A stretch of DNA of 64,000 nt from the human T2T-CHM13v2.0 reference genome, Homo sapiens, in NCBI RefSeq assembly GCF_009914755.1, contig NC_060925.1. One strand, given 5' to 3'. The notes under the pieces are model-generated. The model made no database searches. It had not been told where the DNA came from and worked only from the letters and a program-made list of their open reading frames with translations. Numbering within the stretch: the first letter of the stretch is position 1; every line of letters begins with the position of its first letter. Position numbers and translations under genes: made by a program. Of this stretch, positions 13,177-30,668 are shown one piece after another.

Positions 13177-13355
13177 GCACTGGTCCCCAAACTTGCCTGA
13201 ACATTGGGATGACCTGGGCAGCTTCAAAATATACTAGTGCCTGAGTTCTACCCACAGAGATTGTGATTTAAGTGGTCTTAGGTGTGGCCTGTCTTTGAAA
13301 TTATTTAAAAGACCCCCAGATGATTCTCATAACAAAATAATTTTGAGAGCCACTG
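13177..13355. mobile_element. MER5A-like hAT-Charlie DNA transposon remnant
   Basis: cactggtccccaaacttg..cagagattgtgattta..ccccagatgattct..tttgagagccactg. Confidence 0.7.
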
Positions 13356-14145
13356 GGCTTAGCTAATATTGGATGTATAAATATAGACCTTCCCACAACT
13401 CAAACATGTTCCACCCTGTAAGACACGCAAGAGAACACTTCCACGTCAGCATATCCAAGTGCACTGTATGGCCTCAGCCTACAGAACCCTTAACTCTTAA
13501 ATTTATCATCTATTGAACAATTTCTAACATCAAAATTTGTACTACTTTCAACACCAAACATCACTAATTAATGAAAGAAAAATACAGAGGAATTATGTAA
13601 GTTTCTTTTTGAAAATGTTTTATTTTGCTTGTTGTTGCAGAATGTGTTTTGTTTCCTATGGCACTGATAGTATTTATTTGTGCAATAGTATTATGCTTAA
13701 CATATTGTTGGTCTTACATACCAAATTAAAATGGGTATTTTTTGCTGCTATTTAGCATCAGAAACTAAATGATAATACCTCTTCCTACTTCTTACTGAGG
13801 CTTTTCTGTGATACACCATTACTAAGTCAGGGGAAACCATGTGTACCATTCAGAGGTCCCCAAACAGGGCAGATACCACATCACCTTGCTGTGGATGACA
13901 AATGTAACCTTTGGCAGATCTTTTGCAACTCTGACCTTTGACAAAGGCATTAAACTCAGCACTGTAGCAATAAGATTTGGTGATTTATTTTTATATATAT
14001 AAGCATATGCATATATGAATATATATGTGTGTATATTCAATCATGTTTGCATTGCCCATAAAATATTTTTAAAATTCGATCTTCTAGTCTTCATTTTAAT
14101 GGATGACTGACAGTCCATTTGCATTTATTATGATTATTGACTTAA

Positions 14146-14668
<523 letters not shown>

Positions 14669-15017
14669 TAGCCAGGATGGTCTTGATCTCCTGACCTCGC
14701 GATCTGCCCGTCTCAGTCTCCCAAAGTGCAGGGATTACAGGTGTGAGCCACCGCGCCCGGGTTTGTTATCCTGTTTACTAATGTTTTTACTTATATTTAT
14801 TGCATCTTACTTTTTGTTTTCTTTTTTTTTTTTTTTTTTTTTTTTGAGACAGTCTTAATCTGTCACCCAGGCTGGAGGGCAGTGGTGCAATCTCAACTCA
14901 CTGCAACCTCCACCTCCTGGGTTCAAGCGATCCTCCCACCTCAGACTCCTGAGTAGCTGCGACTACAGGCACATGCCACCAAGTCCGGCTAATTTTTTTG
15001 TATTTTTTTTAGTATAG

Positions 15018-15278
<261 letters not shown>

Positions 15279-15464
15279 TAGCTGGATATTGAATTCTCTA
15301 TTTTTTTTTTTTTGAGATGGCATCTTCTCTGTCGCCCAGGCTAGAGTGCAGTGGCACAATCGCTGCTCATTGCAACCTCACCTCAAACTCCCAGACTCAA
15401 GCAAGTCTGTCAGCTCAGTCTCCCAAGTAGCTGGAACAACAGGCATGCACCACCTTGCTCAACT

Positions 15465-15677
15465 CTCTCTTTTCCTTCCTTCCTTCCTTCCTTCCCTCCC
15501 TCCCTCCCTCCCTCCTTTCTTTCTTTCTTTTTCTTTCTTCCTTTCTTTCTTTTTCTTTCTTTCTTTCTCTCTTTCTTTCTTCTTTCTTTCTTTTTTCTTT
15601 CTTTCTTTTTTCCTTCCTTCCTTCCTTTCTTCTTTCTTTCTTTCTTCCTTCCTTCCCTCCCTCCCTCCCTCCCTCTC

Positions 15678-15718
<41 letters not shown>

Positions 15719-15751
15719 CCTTCCTTCTTTCTTTCTTTCTTTTCTTCTTTC
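15465..15751. repeat. ~285-bp pure pyrimidine compound microsatellite (TTCC/CTCC/CTTT/CT) in the linker of an antisense Alu
   Basis: Directly visible; produces the low-complexity ORFs at 15346-16045. Confidence 0.95.
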
Positions 15752-16008
15752 ATAGAGACAAGGTCTCACAGTGTTCCCCAGGCTGGTTTAAAACTCATGG
15801 CCTCAAGTCAGCCTCTCACCTCAACCTCTGTAACTGCTAGGATTATAGGTGTGAGCCACAGCGCCCGGCCTGTATTCACTTCTGAAACTACTATTAGACG
15901 TACTGAACTTTCTCATCTATCCTTTATATCACCTAACTTTTCTTTCATATTAAATATATATCTCTTTTTTTCTCACCCCACACTCCAACATAAATTATAC
16001 TGTATTGT

Positions 16009-16490
16009 CTGTTGCTTGAACTATTTCGTAATAATTAAACTTTGATGTTGAGAAATTACAACTTTATTGTACACTTCATTGCAACTTGAAATTCATGGTC
16101 TTAAAGTGAGATTTGAATTTCTATTGACCGCCTTTTAAAAAGTAATACCAAACCATAAAGTTAAAATTGATGTACATTGAGTCATATCTAAAACCACACA
16201 TAAACATAAATTGTATTTCCTATTTTAATTTCGGGGAACTACTGTTTGGGAAAGCTATTATTAGGTAAATGTTTTAAAAATTACTGTTTCTCATTTTCAG
16301 TCATAACCTAATGATCCCAGCAAGATAATGTCCTGTCTTCTAAGATGTGCATCAAGCCTGGTACATACTGAAAATCCTATAAGGTCCTGGATAATTTTTG
16401 TTTGATTATTCATTGAAGAAACATTTATTTTCCAATTGTGTGAAGTTTTTGACTGTTAATAAAAGAATCTGTCAACCATCAAAAGAAAAA
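16009..16490 (+). pseudogene. 5'-truncated processed retrocopy consisting of 3'-UTR-like sequence only; parent gene not identified
   Basis: AATAAA at 16458-16463, A-tail at 16481-16490, 17-nt TSD aaattatact(g/a)tattgt at 15992-16008 and 16491-16507. Confidence 0.8.
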
Positions 16491-16654
16491 AAATTATACT
16501 ATATTGTGAGAGCTTTTCTCAGATTTCTTCGTATGCTTAATCAATATCCAACCTACGACTATGCGACGATATTTTTTTTTCTGCAATTTGTTCTTTTCCA
16601 AGTCAGTCTTCTTTCGGGATATTGTATTTTGCTTCTTTTATCTTTTTGAATATA

Positions 16655-16733
16655 TTAGTTTGGGGCAAAAGTAATTGCGGTTTTTCCATGACTTTTAATG
16701 GCAAAAAATGGAATTCCTTTTGCACCAACCTAA
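16655..16733. mobile_element. MADE1 (Hsmar1-derived MITE)
   Basis: 79-bp near-palindrome ttagtttggggcaaaagtaattgcgg..ttttgcaccaacctaa with TA on the left flank. Confidence 0.88.
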
Positions 16734-16860
16734 TGTTAAGCACACTAATTTTAATGTTTCCTGTTGTCCTATCATTCCTAATTCTCAGGTGAGGACTCTC
16801 CCAGTTTTCTCATCAGCTGAACCTTCCTCCAGATGCCTAATTTCTTCATGTAGTTTGTAA

Positions 16861-17232
<372 letters not shown>

Positions 17233-17929
17233 TAGTGGAGATTCAGTATACCCTGTCTTGTTGAATTATTCCTCCAAGGTGACTTTGTACTTGGCGTCTG
17301 ACAGAGTTCAGTGGATTACACTGCCTTTATTTCACTCAGCTTCATCTTAGGTTTTCACAGCATATGAGGACTATGAATTTGGGCCACACACCAGCATGTG
17401 GTACTGGCGGGGGTTTCCAATATTTTTTAGGTGACTATTTCTACCCTTGTTGCTAGGAGATAGCAAATTACTTTGCTACTTTTGCAAGCTGGGGGTAGAT
17501 TTTCCTGTCCATATTTTATAGATAAGATAGTATTTTATTACCTTAGTTTTATGCAGGTGGCTTCATTTCAGCTCTCCACACTCATGGGATCTGAGATTTG
17601 GACTCTCTTCTCTCTATTGGTAATAAAACTCCAGCTCCAAGGCCTATATCTGGTTCTGAACCCCCCAGCAACCATCTCGGCTTCAGCTCATACTTATAGT
17701 TTTGTTCTTTCTCTTATTCTGACATCTAGGCTGGCTGACTTGCTTTCAACCCCCTGCCCCTCTCTCTCTCATCTCTATCCCTAGGTCTCTCTCTTTTTTC
17801 TGCTTCCTTAGTGTACTTATGATTTAATGTTTTCATTTAATTTCATCCAGCATTTCTGTGTGTCTGGAATAGGAAGAATTATTCTACATCATTCAGCCAT
17901 ATTGGTTGATATAATTTTAAAGTATCTTA

Positions 17930-18252
<323 letters not shown>

Positions 18253-18539
18253 GGCAAAAATACATGTGTACGTATCCTTACAACATTGGAATACTGCCTG
18301 ACATATACACTGCTAAGTAAATTATAGGTACTTAATAATAGCCAGCTTTTATTAAACACCATTTGCTAAGAATTGTTCTAACTTCTTTATGTGTCTTTAC
18401 TCATTTACTCTTCATTACAATTTTATAAGGTTGGCACTATATCATTTCATACTATTATTTTATAAATGAGAAAACCAAGACACTGGGATATTAAATAATA
18501 GGATTTTAAATCCAGGAAGTCTATCTCCAAAGCTTTCCA

Positions 18540-19930
<1,391 letters not shown>

Positions 19931-20293
19931 GTGTGAAGTCTGTACTCTTAACCATTTCCTTCATTGCTTCTCAATATTTATTGAAATAATTGAGAAACGT
20001 CTGCAGGATAGTGACCCCTTCCTACTAGCAATTGTGTGTTTTAACGTTAACAAAAGGTAAGAAAACCCTGTTGACACTTTTGTTTGAAGACTGTAAGTTC
20101 ACGTTTTCGCTATTTATCAAATCTCTTCCATTTTGGTACAGAATAGAACAGTCCTTTTTTGGATTTGAAGAATCGATGAGGTCACAGGTGTGATTACCTC
20201 TGAGTTCTCTGTCTTTACTATCCATTGAAAATAACTAGATAACTCTCAGCTCTGGGTAACTTGCCCTAAGGTGCCCTGTTTTTAATTTTCTAG

Positions 20294-20503
<210 letters not shown>

Positions 20504-20747
20504 TAGGGAACATGGTGGGGGAGGCGGTGAATGAACAAGAGATTGAGCCAGACAAGGTTTATAGAAAGAATAGCTTTAAGCTAAGTCCTTGGTCTCCTTT
20601 TTTGCTTTCTAAATCCATGCATAGGCAACTTACAATTTTAATCATCTTGGTCTCTTCATCTGTGAGAGAGAAAATGGAACATATTATATAGAGCATTTTG
20701 AAATCTCTACATTAAAACAAATCTGCAGTCACCATTCCTCTTATTAA

Positions 20748-20855
<108 letters not shown>

Positions 20856-23193
20856 TAAGGTTATTTTTTTCTATCCTAAACAAATATATATATCGATAGG
20901 CCCTCAGAGTATGTGGGACTTCCAATTGTGTAAGCCACTCCATCGCATCCTGAATAAGTGAGATCTGGGCTAAGCTTTCATTCCCAAAGGCACAGAACTT
21001 CGCATCCTCAGGCAGACCCTTCATCTTTTACCAACTCTCATCAGGAAATTCTTATCTCGGCCCAAATTTTATCTACTTCTAAAGTTCCTACTTATCTTTC
21101 TTAACCATACAAAACTGCTATAGATGCCTCTTTCATAGGACAGAGGGCAATATTTGAGGGCAATAATCAGTCCTCCCTGAGTTGACTCTTCTTCTGAATA
21201 AACTTCCAAGTTAAAAAAACAATGATTGTTGTATGACACAGTTCTAAGTTTCTAACTTCCCTCATCATAACTGCTTTATTATAAACATGAACTTTATCGA
21301 TCCCTCCTGGGGGCATAATGAATGGGCTAAGTGAATACTTATAACAACTAAAATACTAAATCTTATTTTGCTTGACTTTCATCAATTTTTTTAAGACATA
21401 GTTGACAACATCTAATTACTCATTTCCTTCTAACTTGCACATCTTGTGAATATGATAGGAAGGCAAACTAAGAGTCTGAGAAAATAGAAATTGTATTAAT
21501 AGCTCTTAGAAATTGATCTTCATTCATTCATTTAAAAAACATTAGTAAGTGTCTACTATATGCTCAGCACTGTGCTGGACCCTGGGACACAAAGATGAAT
21601 GACAAGTCTCTGCTTTCAAGGGACTCAATATTCAGTGAGTCATATAGACCAGCAAACATGCTCGTAATTATAATTTGTTGTCACAGTTGCCAGGGTAGAA
21701 AGTGTATAGGGGCTCTGACCTGGAAGACTCGGGCATGCTGACATGTGGGGGAGACCCCTTAAGAGAGCTATGAAAGTGTGGCTGGCTAAGGCTAGCTTGA
21801 GGACCATGAAAGTGACCAGGGAATCTTTAGATTACAGTAAAAAGTAAAGATGGGGTGATTTAGGCAGATGGTATGAACCTTCAAGAAATAAGTGCTTTTA
21901 CACAAGTGCAGAGGGTTAGTGATTTGGAAGTTACGTTGAAAATCCCGTGAATACCAACCCTACCCTGACCACAATAAGTTAACAGAAAAAAAAATGCTGT
22001 CTTCCAGAAAGCTCTCTACACTTCGGTTAAGGCAAAAGGGTTTGAAAAGATATGTTTTAGAGGGAGGGAATTGGAGAAGATTAGGTCAGGTAAAAGAAGC
22101 AAAACTCAATATGGGATTGAGAGTATGGAGAAGAAGAATGATTTGCATGTTGGGTTTTGATTTGAGATTGCAGGGATAGGATGTATGGTGAGCCTAGCTT
22201 CCTTGTGAGTGCCAAACAGAACTGCAGTGGTAAAATGCTCCTGACTGGGGCTTCAAGATTGTAGTGGAGGCATAAAGATGCTAGCAGTCAGTGCTGTGGT
22301 CTGTCTACACAGAGATTTTGTTTGAATGGAGTTGGAACTCAGACGACACAGGTAATTAATTTTTTCAATTTAAAATTCTAGTAGGTCATAAACAGGAAAG
22401 CTTCCTAAGATTTATTTTAATATTTTTTTAAAAAGTTATCTTCTACACATGTACTAGGCAGTGCAGCAAATAAACAGGACAAAGAGATAGCATATTAATG
22501 AAAAGATAAGACATATTTAAAAACAGCATCATTTTGATGCCCTATATGAGCAATATCCCAAGAGGTAGAATGAGTCAGAGGAATCAGACAGTCCTATAAT
22601 TCAGGGGTAAGAGAAGGCTGTCGGAAATCCTCTAATTGTAAAGGAAAACTTTTCTAGGAGACTTCTTTAGGAAACCACTCATTATTCATGCTATGCCTTT
22701 ATCCCTGACTCTAACAATCCCAGTGCTGAGCCTGCAGGCCACCTTGCTACTGAAGGCAGAAAAGGAAGGCCTTAAACAACTTCTGAGAAGTCTGTCTGGA
22801 TGCATGGAAGAATTCCTGATGTGGGTCTTGGTAACACTGGATTGAGTTTGGGTTTAATTTGAAATATACTTGGAGCAGATGTTTAGCCGGTATGCATGGG
22901 GATAATGAACAATACCTGTTCTGATTGCTCAGGACCCATGCTATACCTGTTGTTAAAGTATATTGAAAATCTCTCCTGATATATACATCTGGAAAAAATA
23001 GTTTATATATAATCCCATATAAAGATAGAAGATTTGACAAATTTCCTTTGAATCCTAGAATTTTTGAGAGGCCAAGGCAATTGAAATGTTTTGTCAGCCT
23101 TGAAGTTAAGTATAGTAATAGACCACTATTACTATACTATCAGAATAGTTTAAACTCTGGGCATCTCAACTGATGCGAAGCTTTAGTTAGTAA

Positions 23194-23385
<192 letters not shown>

Positions 23386-23656
23386 TAGGCCAGTATAGAG
23401 AAGTATTTTTCCCACCTGGTCGTATGTACTATAATTTCACCAAGCTCCCATAGTCAGACTGACTTATTTTTCTAGTTCTGTTCACCCAGGGACACTTCTT
23501 CACATTTGCCTCACTCCTGCGAAGTTAGGATGTCATGAGCTGTGTTGTAGAAGAAGGTAGTTGGGTGAGAAGGCTCAGATTGCTTAAAGTAGAAGCTTCT
23601 TACATGGGCATTATATACAAGAGGGGGAGTTCAGAGGTCTTTGTTTGTACAGTTAA

Positions 23657-23821
<165 letters not shown>

Positions 23822-24241
23822 AGCACCTCATCCAGGGAGGGTCTGGTGGCAGATCCTAGCTCATGATGGCAGCAAAGACTGCAGTTTCCCTGGATCTGTT
23901 CCTTGGCCATTGATTACCATGGCAACAACACCAGAGGTAGCACTTCTGAGCCAGATCTGATCCTAATCTCTGTGTGACTTAGTCTCAAGCATCCAGGAAT
24001 TACAAGCAATAATGAGAGTAATTTTGGACACTTTCTCAGAATAATTTCTATATTCAAGCCACCCCACCTCAACTCCACCCCTGTGATACAAGTCCCATGA
24101 GTACTGACATTTGCACAGTAGCATAAATGCCTTAAGGAACTTTGGGACTGGGAGTTTTTGGCTGAAATCCTCTGTCATGGGACGAGGGTACAGTAAAGAA
24201 GCTCTATTCCTCAGAAGAAAATTTGGGCACCGCAAAGTCTA

Positions 24242-24247
24242 AATAAA
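24242..24247 (+). terminator. Likely FAM177B polyadenylation signal AATAAA
   Basis: First canonical hexamer I found after the stop; followed by GU-rich sequence (gggtttg..gtgtgt). Confidence 0.6.
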
Positions 24248-25937
24248 TCCCCTTTCAGGGTTTGATATAGTGTGTACTTCCAACAACCATCCTGGCGTAG
24301 TTGGGGATTGTTTTACAATAAGTAAACATTGCTAATAACTGTGTTACAAGATCATTATCAAGATCTTTAAGAATTAGGTACATCCCTCCAAATTAAAACA
24401 ATTGATAAATAATATAAGCTCTAGAAAAAAATATTAATGGATTATTTTCTTATTTATTTGTCAAGAAATTTTCAAAACCTGGAAAGATCGAACATGGAAA
24501 TCATTGTTAGATAACACAGGGTGTGCTGGCCAAAGTAACTGTGATACATTAATAGCAAAAAACAAACCAAAAAAAAAAAAATGAAAAACACAGGGCCTGC
24601 AGTAGTAAGACATGAGTTCCAGTTTCACTTCTCCCATTTACTAGTTGTGTGATTTGAGATGTCTAGATTTCTGAGCTCCAGTCTACTTTGTAAAATATGG
24701 GTGACTTGACTTTGCTTGTTATTGTTATACAGAATTATGAGAAATAATAATTTATTGTTGTTTTAAGCTTTGGAGTGGTTTGTTATGCAGCCATATATAA
24801 CTGAAATTATAGCTCTAAGAGAAGAGGAAGTTGGAATTAATTTAATATGAAATCAAAGACAGAAGTAGGCCTGGAGCATAAGGAGTTGTGAGTTGAATAT
24901 AGTAGGATAGGATAGATTATGCTGCACAGACACCTCCAAAATCTCAGTGTCCTAAAACAAGAAAGTTTATTTCTTTCTCTTGAGAAGTCCACTGTCAGTT
25001 TAGGTGGCTTCCCAGACAGGTGTTCTCCGTGTGATAGCTCAGTGTTGCATGCTTCTTTGATCTTATGTTTTCTCCATACTGTGATGTGCTCTCGGGGTTG
25101 CTGGAAAAGGAACAGCATGGAGAGTTAAGCAGTGGCAATCAATATCTCCACTAAAAATGAATCATGTCACCTCTGTGTATGTTTCGTTCACCAAAGAAAA
25201 TCACATGGCTATAATTAATTTTATGGGTGTCTGAGCCTCCTAAGATAGCTGAGAAAAGGAAACACTTTCTTCTAATGGCATAGGAGATAAATGGTAGGCT
25301 CAAGGATCAATATGATATTGATTTAATCTCAGCTCTCCTGCCTCTTTGTAACCCAGTAGCTCTGTGCAAATTACTCAACTTCTCAATGTTCTCATCTATA
25401 AAACAGGTTTGAGACAGGAAGCAAATATAATTTGAACCAGCTTTATGCAACAAAAAAGAATTTTGTGGAAAGTACACTGAGTTATCAAATGGACACCAAA
25501 GGGAGATTAGTCTCAATAGGATCTAAACAGTGTGACAAGCAAGCACCCAACAGGTACTGTCTGTCCATCTCTCATCTTTCTTGCCCATGAGGAAGATGCC
25601 CACTCTATAGCTCTTGATAATTCTTCTGTTCAAGTGACTGATATACTAGTCTTTCGTCCCCATTTCAAAGCATAGTGTGGATAGAATCTGTTTTGCTCCT
25701 TTTTGTCAAGTATCACTCTCTAATTCAATTAATTGTGGCCAGGGAGATGGAGCCTTGTAGTAGCAACATGGTTATGGGACCTATTTCTGGGTTAGGATGG
25801 TTCTCAGGAAAAGGAAATTGCAGTGAGCTAGGTAGGTATCCCATGACTGTTTCATGTTAAAATTGAGGAAAAGCACGTAAAGCTGTGGCTCTAATAAGGT
25901 GCTTAAGTCATAGTATCAATTACAATTATTAATATTT

Positions 25938-26467
25938 ATGATGGTTAATTCTATGTGTCAACTTGACTGGGCCACAGGATGCCCAAATTAAACATTACTT
26001 CTGGGTGTATCTGTGAGGATATTTCTGGATGACATTAGCATTTGAATTGTTGGACTCAGTAAATGGATTGCCTTCCCAATGTGGATGAGCACCATCCAAT
26101 CCACTGAGGGCTTGAATGAAACAAAAGGCCAAGGAGGGAAGAATTTGCTCCTTTTTTCTGCCTTATTGCTTGAGCTTGGATATCTCATCTCATTTCATCT
26201 TCTCCTGCCCATGGACTGGGATTTACTACCTTGGCTTCTCTCATTCTTAGGTCTTTGAACTCAAACTGATTTACATCACTGGCTTTCCTGGGTCTCCAGT
26301 TGGTGAATGGCAGATTGTGGGACTTCTCAACCACCATAATCACAATAAATTCAGCTCCTCATAATAAATCTCATTGTATCTATCTATCCAATTATCTGTC
26401 TATCTACCTATGTCTCTATAAATCTATGCTATTGGTTCTGCTTCACTGGAGAACCCTGACTATTATA
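25938..26467. mobile_element. MLT2-type (ERVL) solo LTR
   Basis: tgatggttaattctatgtgtcaacttgactgggcc start and ctggagaaccctgacta end. Confidence 0.8.
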
Positions 26468-26799
26468 ATATTGAATGAGAATCCCGGTTTCATGGATTCT
26501 GAACGGCTTGTCCCCACTGAAGAGTCAGTCTTAGGTCTTCATCTGACATGTTCTGTTAGTCCAGTTTCAAGGTGAAGTAAATCTGAAGGTTTTATCATAT
26601 TGCAGAAGTGACCAGGTCTATCAGTTAAGCATTGGTTACTTCAGTCTTAGGTGTCTGATCATACTAACAATCTATACCTGATTTACTTACTATTTTGCTT
26701 CAGAATAGCCCTAGGAATGGACTGTTTTTGACTTTTCCATTTTCTAAAAAATTATTCACCTCTTGAATATCCACTTATTGATGATTCTAAGGAACTAGG

Positions 26800-26920
26800 T
26801 GGGCTTTTCCCTTTCAGACACCCCTCTCTCTCACAAGAGAAAGAGGGCTGCTCTCCTTTCTCTTTCTTTTGCCCATTAAACCTCTGCTCCTAAACTCAAA
26901 AAAAAAAAAAAAAAAAAAAA
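26800..26920 (+). mobile_element. Retroposed, polyadenylated ERV-LTR-like fragment with TSD
   Basis: ATTAAA at 26875-26880, A23 at 26898-26920, gaactagg duplicated at 26792-26799 and 26921-26928. Confidence 0.72.
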
Positions 26921-27319
26921 GAACTAGGCAAAACAAAGTGTGATATTTGAATTGAAGAAGTGGATTTTTATCTAGCAAATGTTATACTCTCAATTTAATT
27001 TTCTTTTTCACTAAAAGAAAAGATTCTCTTATGGTCAGTGACCATATGCAAATCAATTGAATCTTGAGCAAAATATAATAAAGAAGACAAATGGAACCAA
27101 ATACCCAGATCTTATCAGGCTATTCCTGCAGGATAAGTCCACAGTTTCTTTAATATTAAAATTAATTCATTTATTTAATATTAATTGGACATCTACTATG
27201 TGCCAGTTTGTTTGTTTGTTTGTTTGTTTGTTTTAGGTACTATTAACAAAGAAGACAGAAATCTCTACTTTCCTGTTAGCCTTGAATTCCCAATAGCTAA
27301 ATGATTAGGACATTCAGTC

Positions 27320-28525
<1,206 letters not shown>

Positions 28526-28965
28526 TCATTTTTTATTCCTAAATATTCCTAAGGACTTCTGAGGATAAACTCATCCAAGAACTATAATGCACCCAGAAGG
28601 AGTACAGGAATTTTACCTTACTCCCTCAAGGCTAGATGGAACTCACTGAGCTGTATCAGATAAGCTTCCTGCCTTACTGCGCTGTGTGGGGGCCTAACTA
28701 GGCAACCATTGCCTGCAAGTTGAATCTGGCTGTTTTATTTGCCATCACTGCCAATTCCCATATTTGCCACCTGCTGAGTCACCCAAAGGGATTTTCATTG
28801 TACCAGGAAAAACACTTCTACGAAATATTAGTCATGAGCATCCCAAAGTGAAAAAGTTTAGGTACCCAGAAAGTACAGCTTTTTAGCGATAAAATATTTT
28901 ACTCAGATATCCATAACCATTTTCCTCAAAGCACAATCATAATGTCAAGTTGACTCAGTAGGAAG

Positions 28966-29343
28966 GTATATAGTTCATTCTCGCACTGCTATTAAGAAAT
29001 ACCTGAGATTGGGTAATTTATAAAGAAAAGAGGTTTAATTGGCTCATGGTTCCATAGGCTGTACAGAAAGCATGGCAGCATCTGCTTGGCGTCAATCATG
29101 GTGGAAGGCAAAAGGGAAGCTGGCACTTCACATGGCAGGAGCAGGAGGAAGAGAGAGGGGGAAGGTGCTACACACTTTTAAACAACCAGATCCCATAAGA
29201 ACTCTGTCATGAAAACAGCACTACCGGGATGGTGCTAAACCACCAGAAACCTCCTGCATGATCCAATCACCTCCCACCAGGCCACATCTCCAACATTGGG
29301 GATTACAACTGAACATGAGATTTGGGTGCGGACAACCATACCA
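28966..29343. mobile_element. MST/THE1-type MaLR solo LTR
   Basis: cctgagattgggtaatttataaagaaaagaggtttaattggctc..tccaatcacctcccaccagg. Confidence 0.85.
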
Positions 29344-30668
29344 GAAGGGGTTCCACCATTGGCCATACTCTATAATCAGAACCAATGCTCTTCACCTACA
29401 ATCCGGACACTGGTATAGCACTTGTCAGGGGTCCAGACTCTCCCTCTTTTATAGTAGGTTTCCTCTTGAGCCTTTATTATCTTTCCATGCTGTCTGGCCT
29501 TGGTCAGTGTCATCCCAGCCCATCTTAACTCATTTTTCTCTCCTTGAACCTGAGAGAAGATGTTGCAGTCCTAGTCCTTTTCCTCCCAGGAGGCATTTCT
29601 GCCCTTTGCAAATTCATGGATGCTAAACAAAATGTGGAGAAAACATATTGCCCTGCTCTATCTGGCAGCTTCCAAGATTCAATGATATATTGGGAAAGGA
29701 GTAACTCACTTCCCCTTCCAGCAACATGTAAGCCCTAGACTCCTGCCAGGCCAAAAATATCCCCGATTAAACAAATTATGTAGCAGAAAGTCTTTGAATT
29801 AATAAACCAAATTTGAATAATTATCTGGTTCTTGATGTTTTTAGTTATTTATTATGACCATACTTCATTGTGCGTAATGCAGGTAAATGAAAGTTAATTT
29901 TATTATTTCTCTTTCTAATGATGGATTCATATAAACCTTTACCTTCAGAGTGGAAATTCAGGGAGTCTCAAGTGATCAAAGAAGCTCTTTAGCAAATGCA
30001 CACAGACAATCTTACCCCCCTTTATCTTCATACATACAAAATTCAAATGTCTTTCCCTGACTGGGCAGTCCTGCCAAGAATTGTTTGGGTCTTTTTCATC
30101 TTTGTTGGTGAGGTGGTCCTTCAATTATCTGTAAATGTTTCTATCCTCTGCCAAATTACACCACTTCCAAATGCAAGATATAATTATTTCCTCTACCTAC
30201 AGCAAAATGAAGCCAAGTACACCTTGAATCATTTTCATTCTCAGGTATCTTATATAGGTTTGCCAAGAGCCGGGAAACACAATGGTCAGCTTTTTAGGCA
30301 AAAGTGTTGAAAGCTCTTTAGGGAAAATCTTCTCTGTAAGTTTTCATTTAAGTTGGGAACCAGAGGGGAGTGTCATGGTTCTATCAATCTGAGTTTAATT
30401 TGGGTGGGAAGTATTTTTACTGGGAAAAAGAAAATGAAGGGCCCCCAACAAATTACTCAAAAGGAAGTGGATATTATTTTCCTGGAACATTTACTTAATC
30501 TGTCATCTTCAAGCCTGCCCTCAGGCTTGACTGGCTGTATAAATCAGGACAAAGTGGCAGAAACAAAATTCTCTTCAGAATTGAGTGAATTTCTGTAGAA
30601 AACGTGTCCCAAGGTAAGCATTTTATGATGGTCTTTGGTGTCTTGGGGAAAAAATTTGTTTCAGTGAC

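Noticed and set aside
15346-16045. Long ORFs of 112-196 aa on both strands (F/L/S-rich or K/E/R-rich)
   Set aside because: Translations of the stop-free CT microsatellite and Alu; not genes.
22720-22835. Possible cassette exon in a FAM177B intron
   Set aside because: Weak pyrimidine tract and weak donor; unsupported without transcript data.
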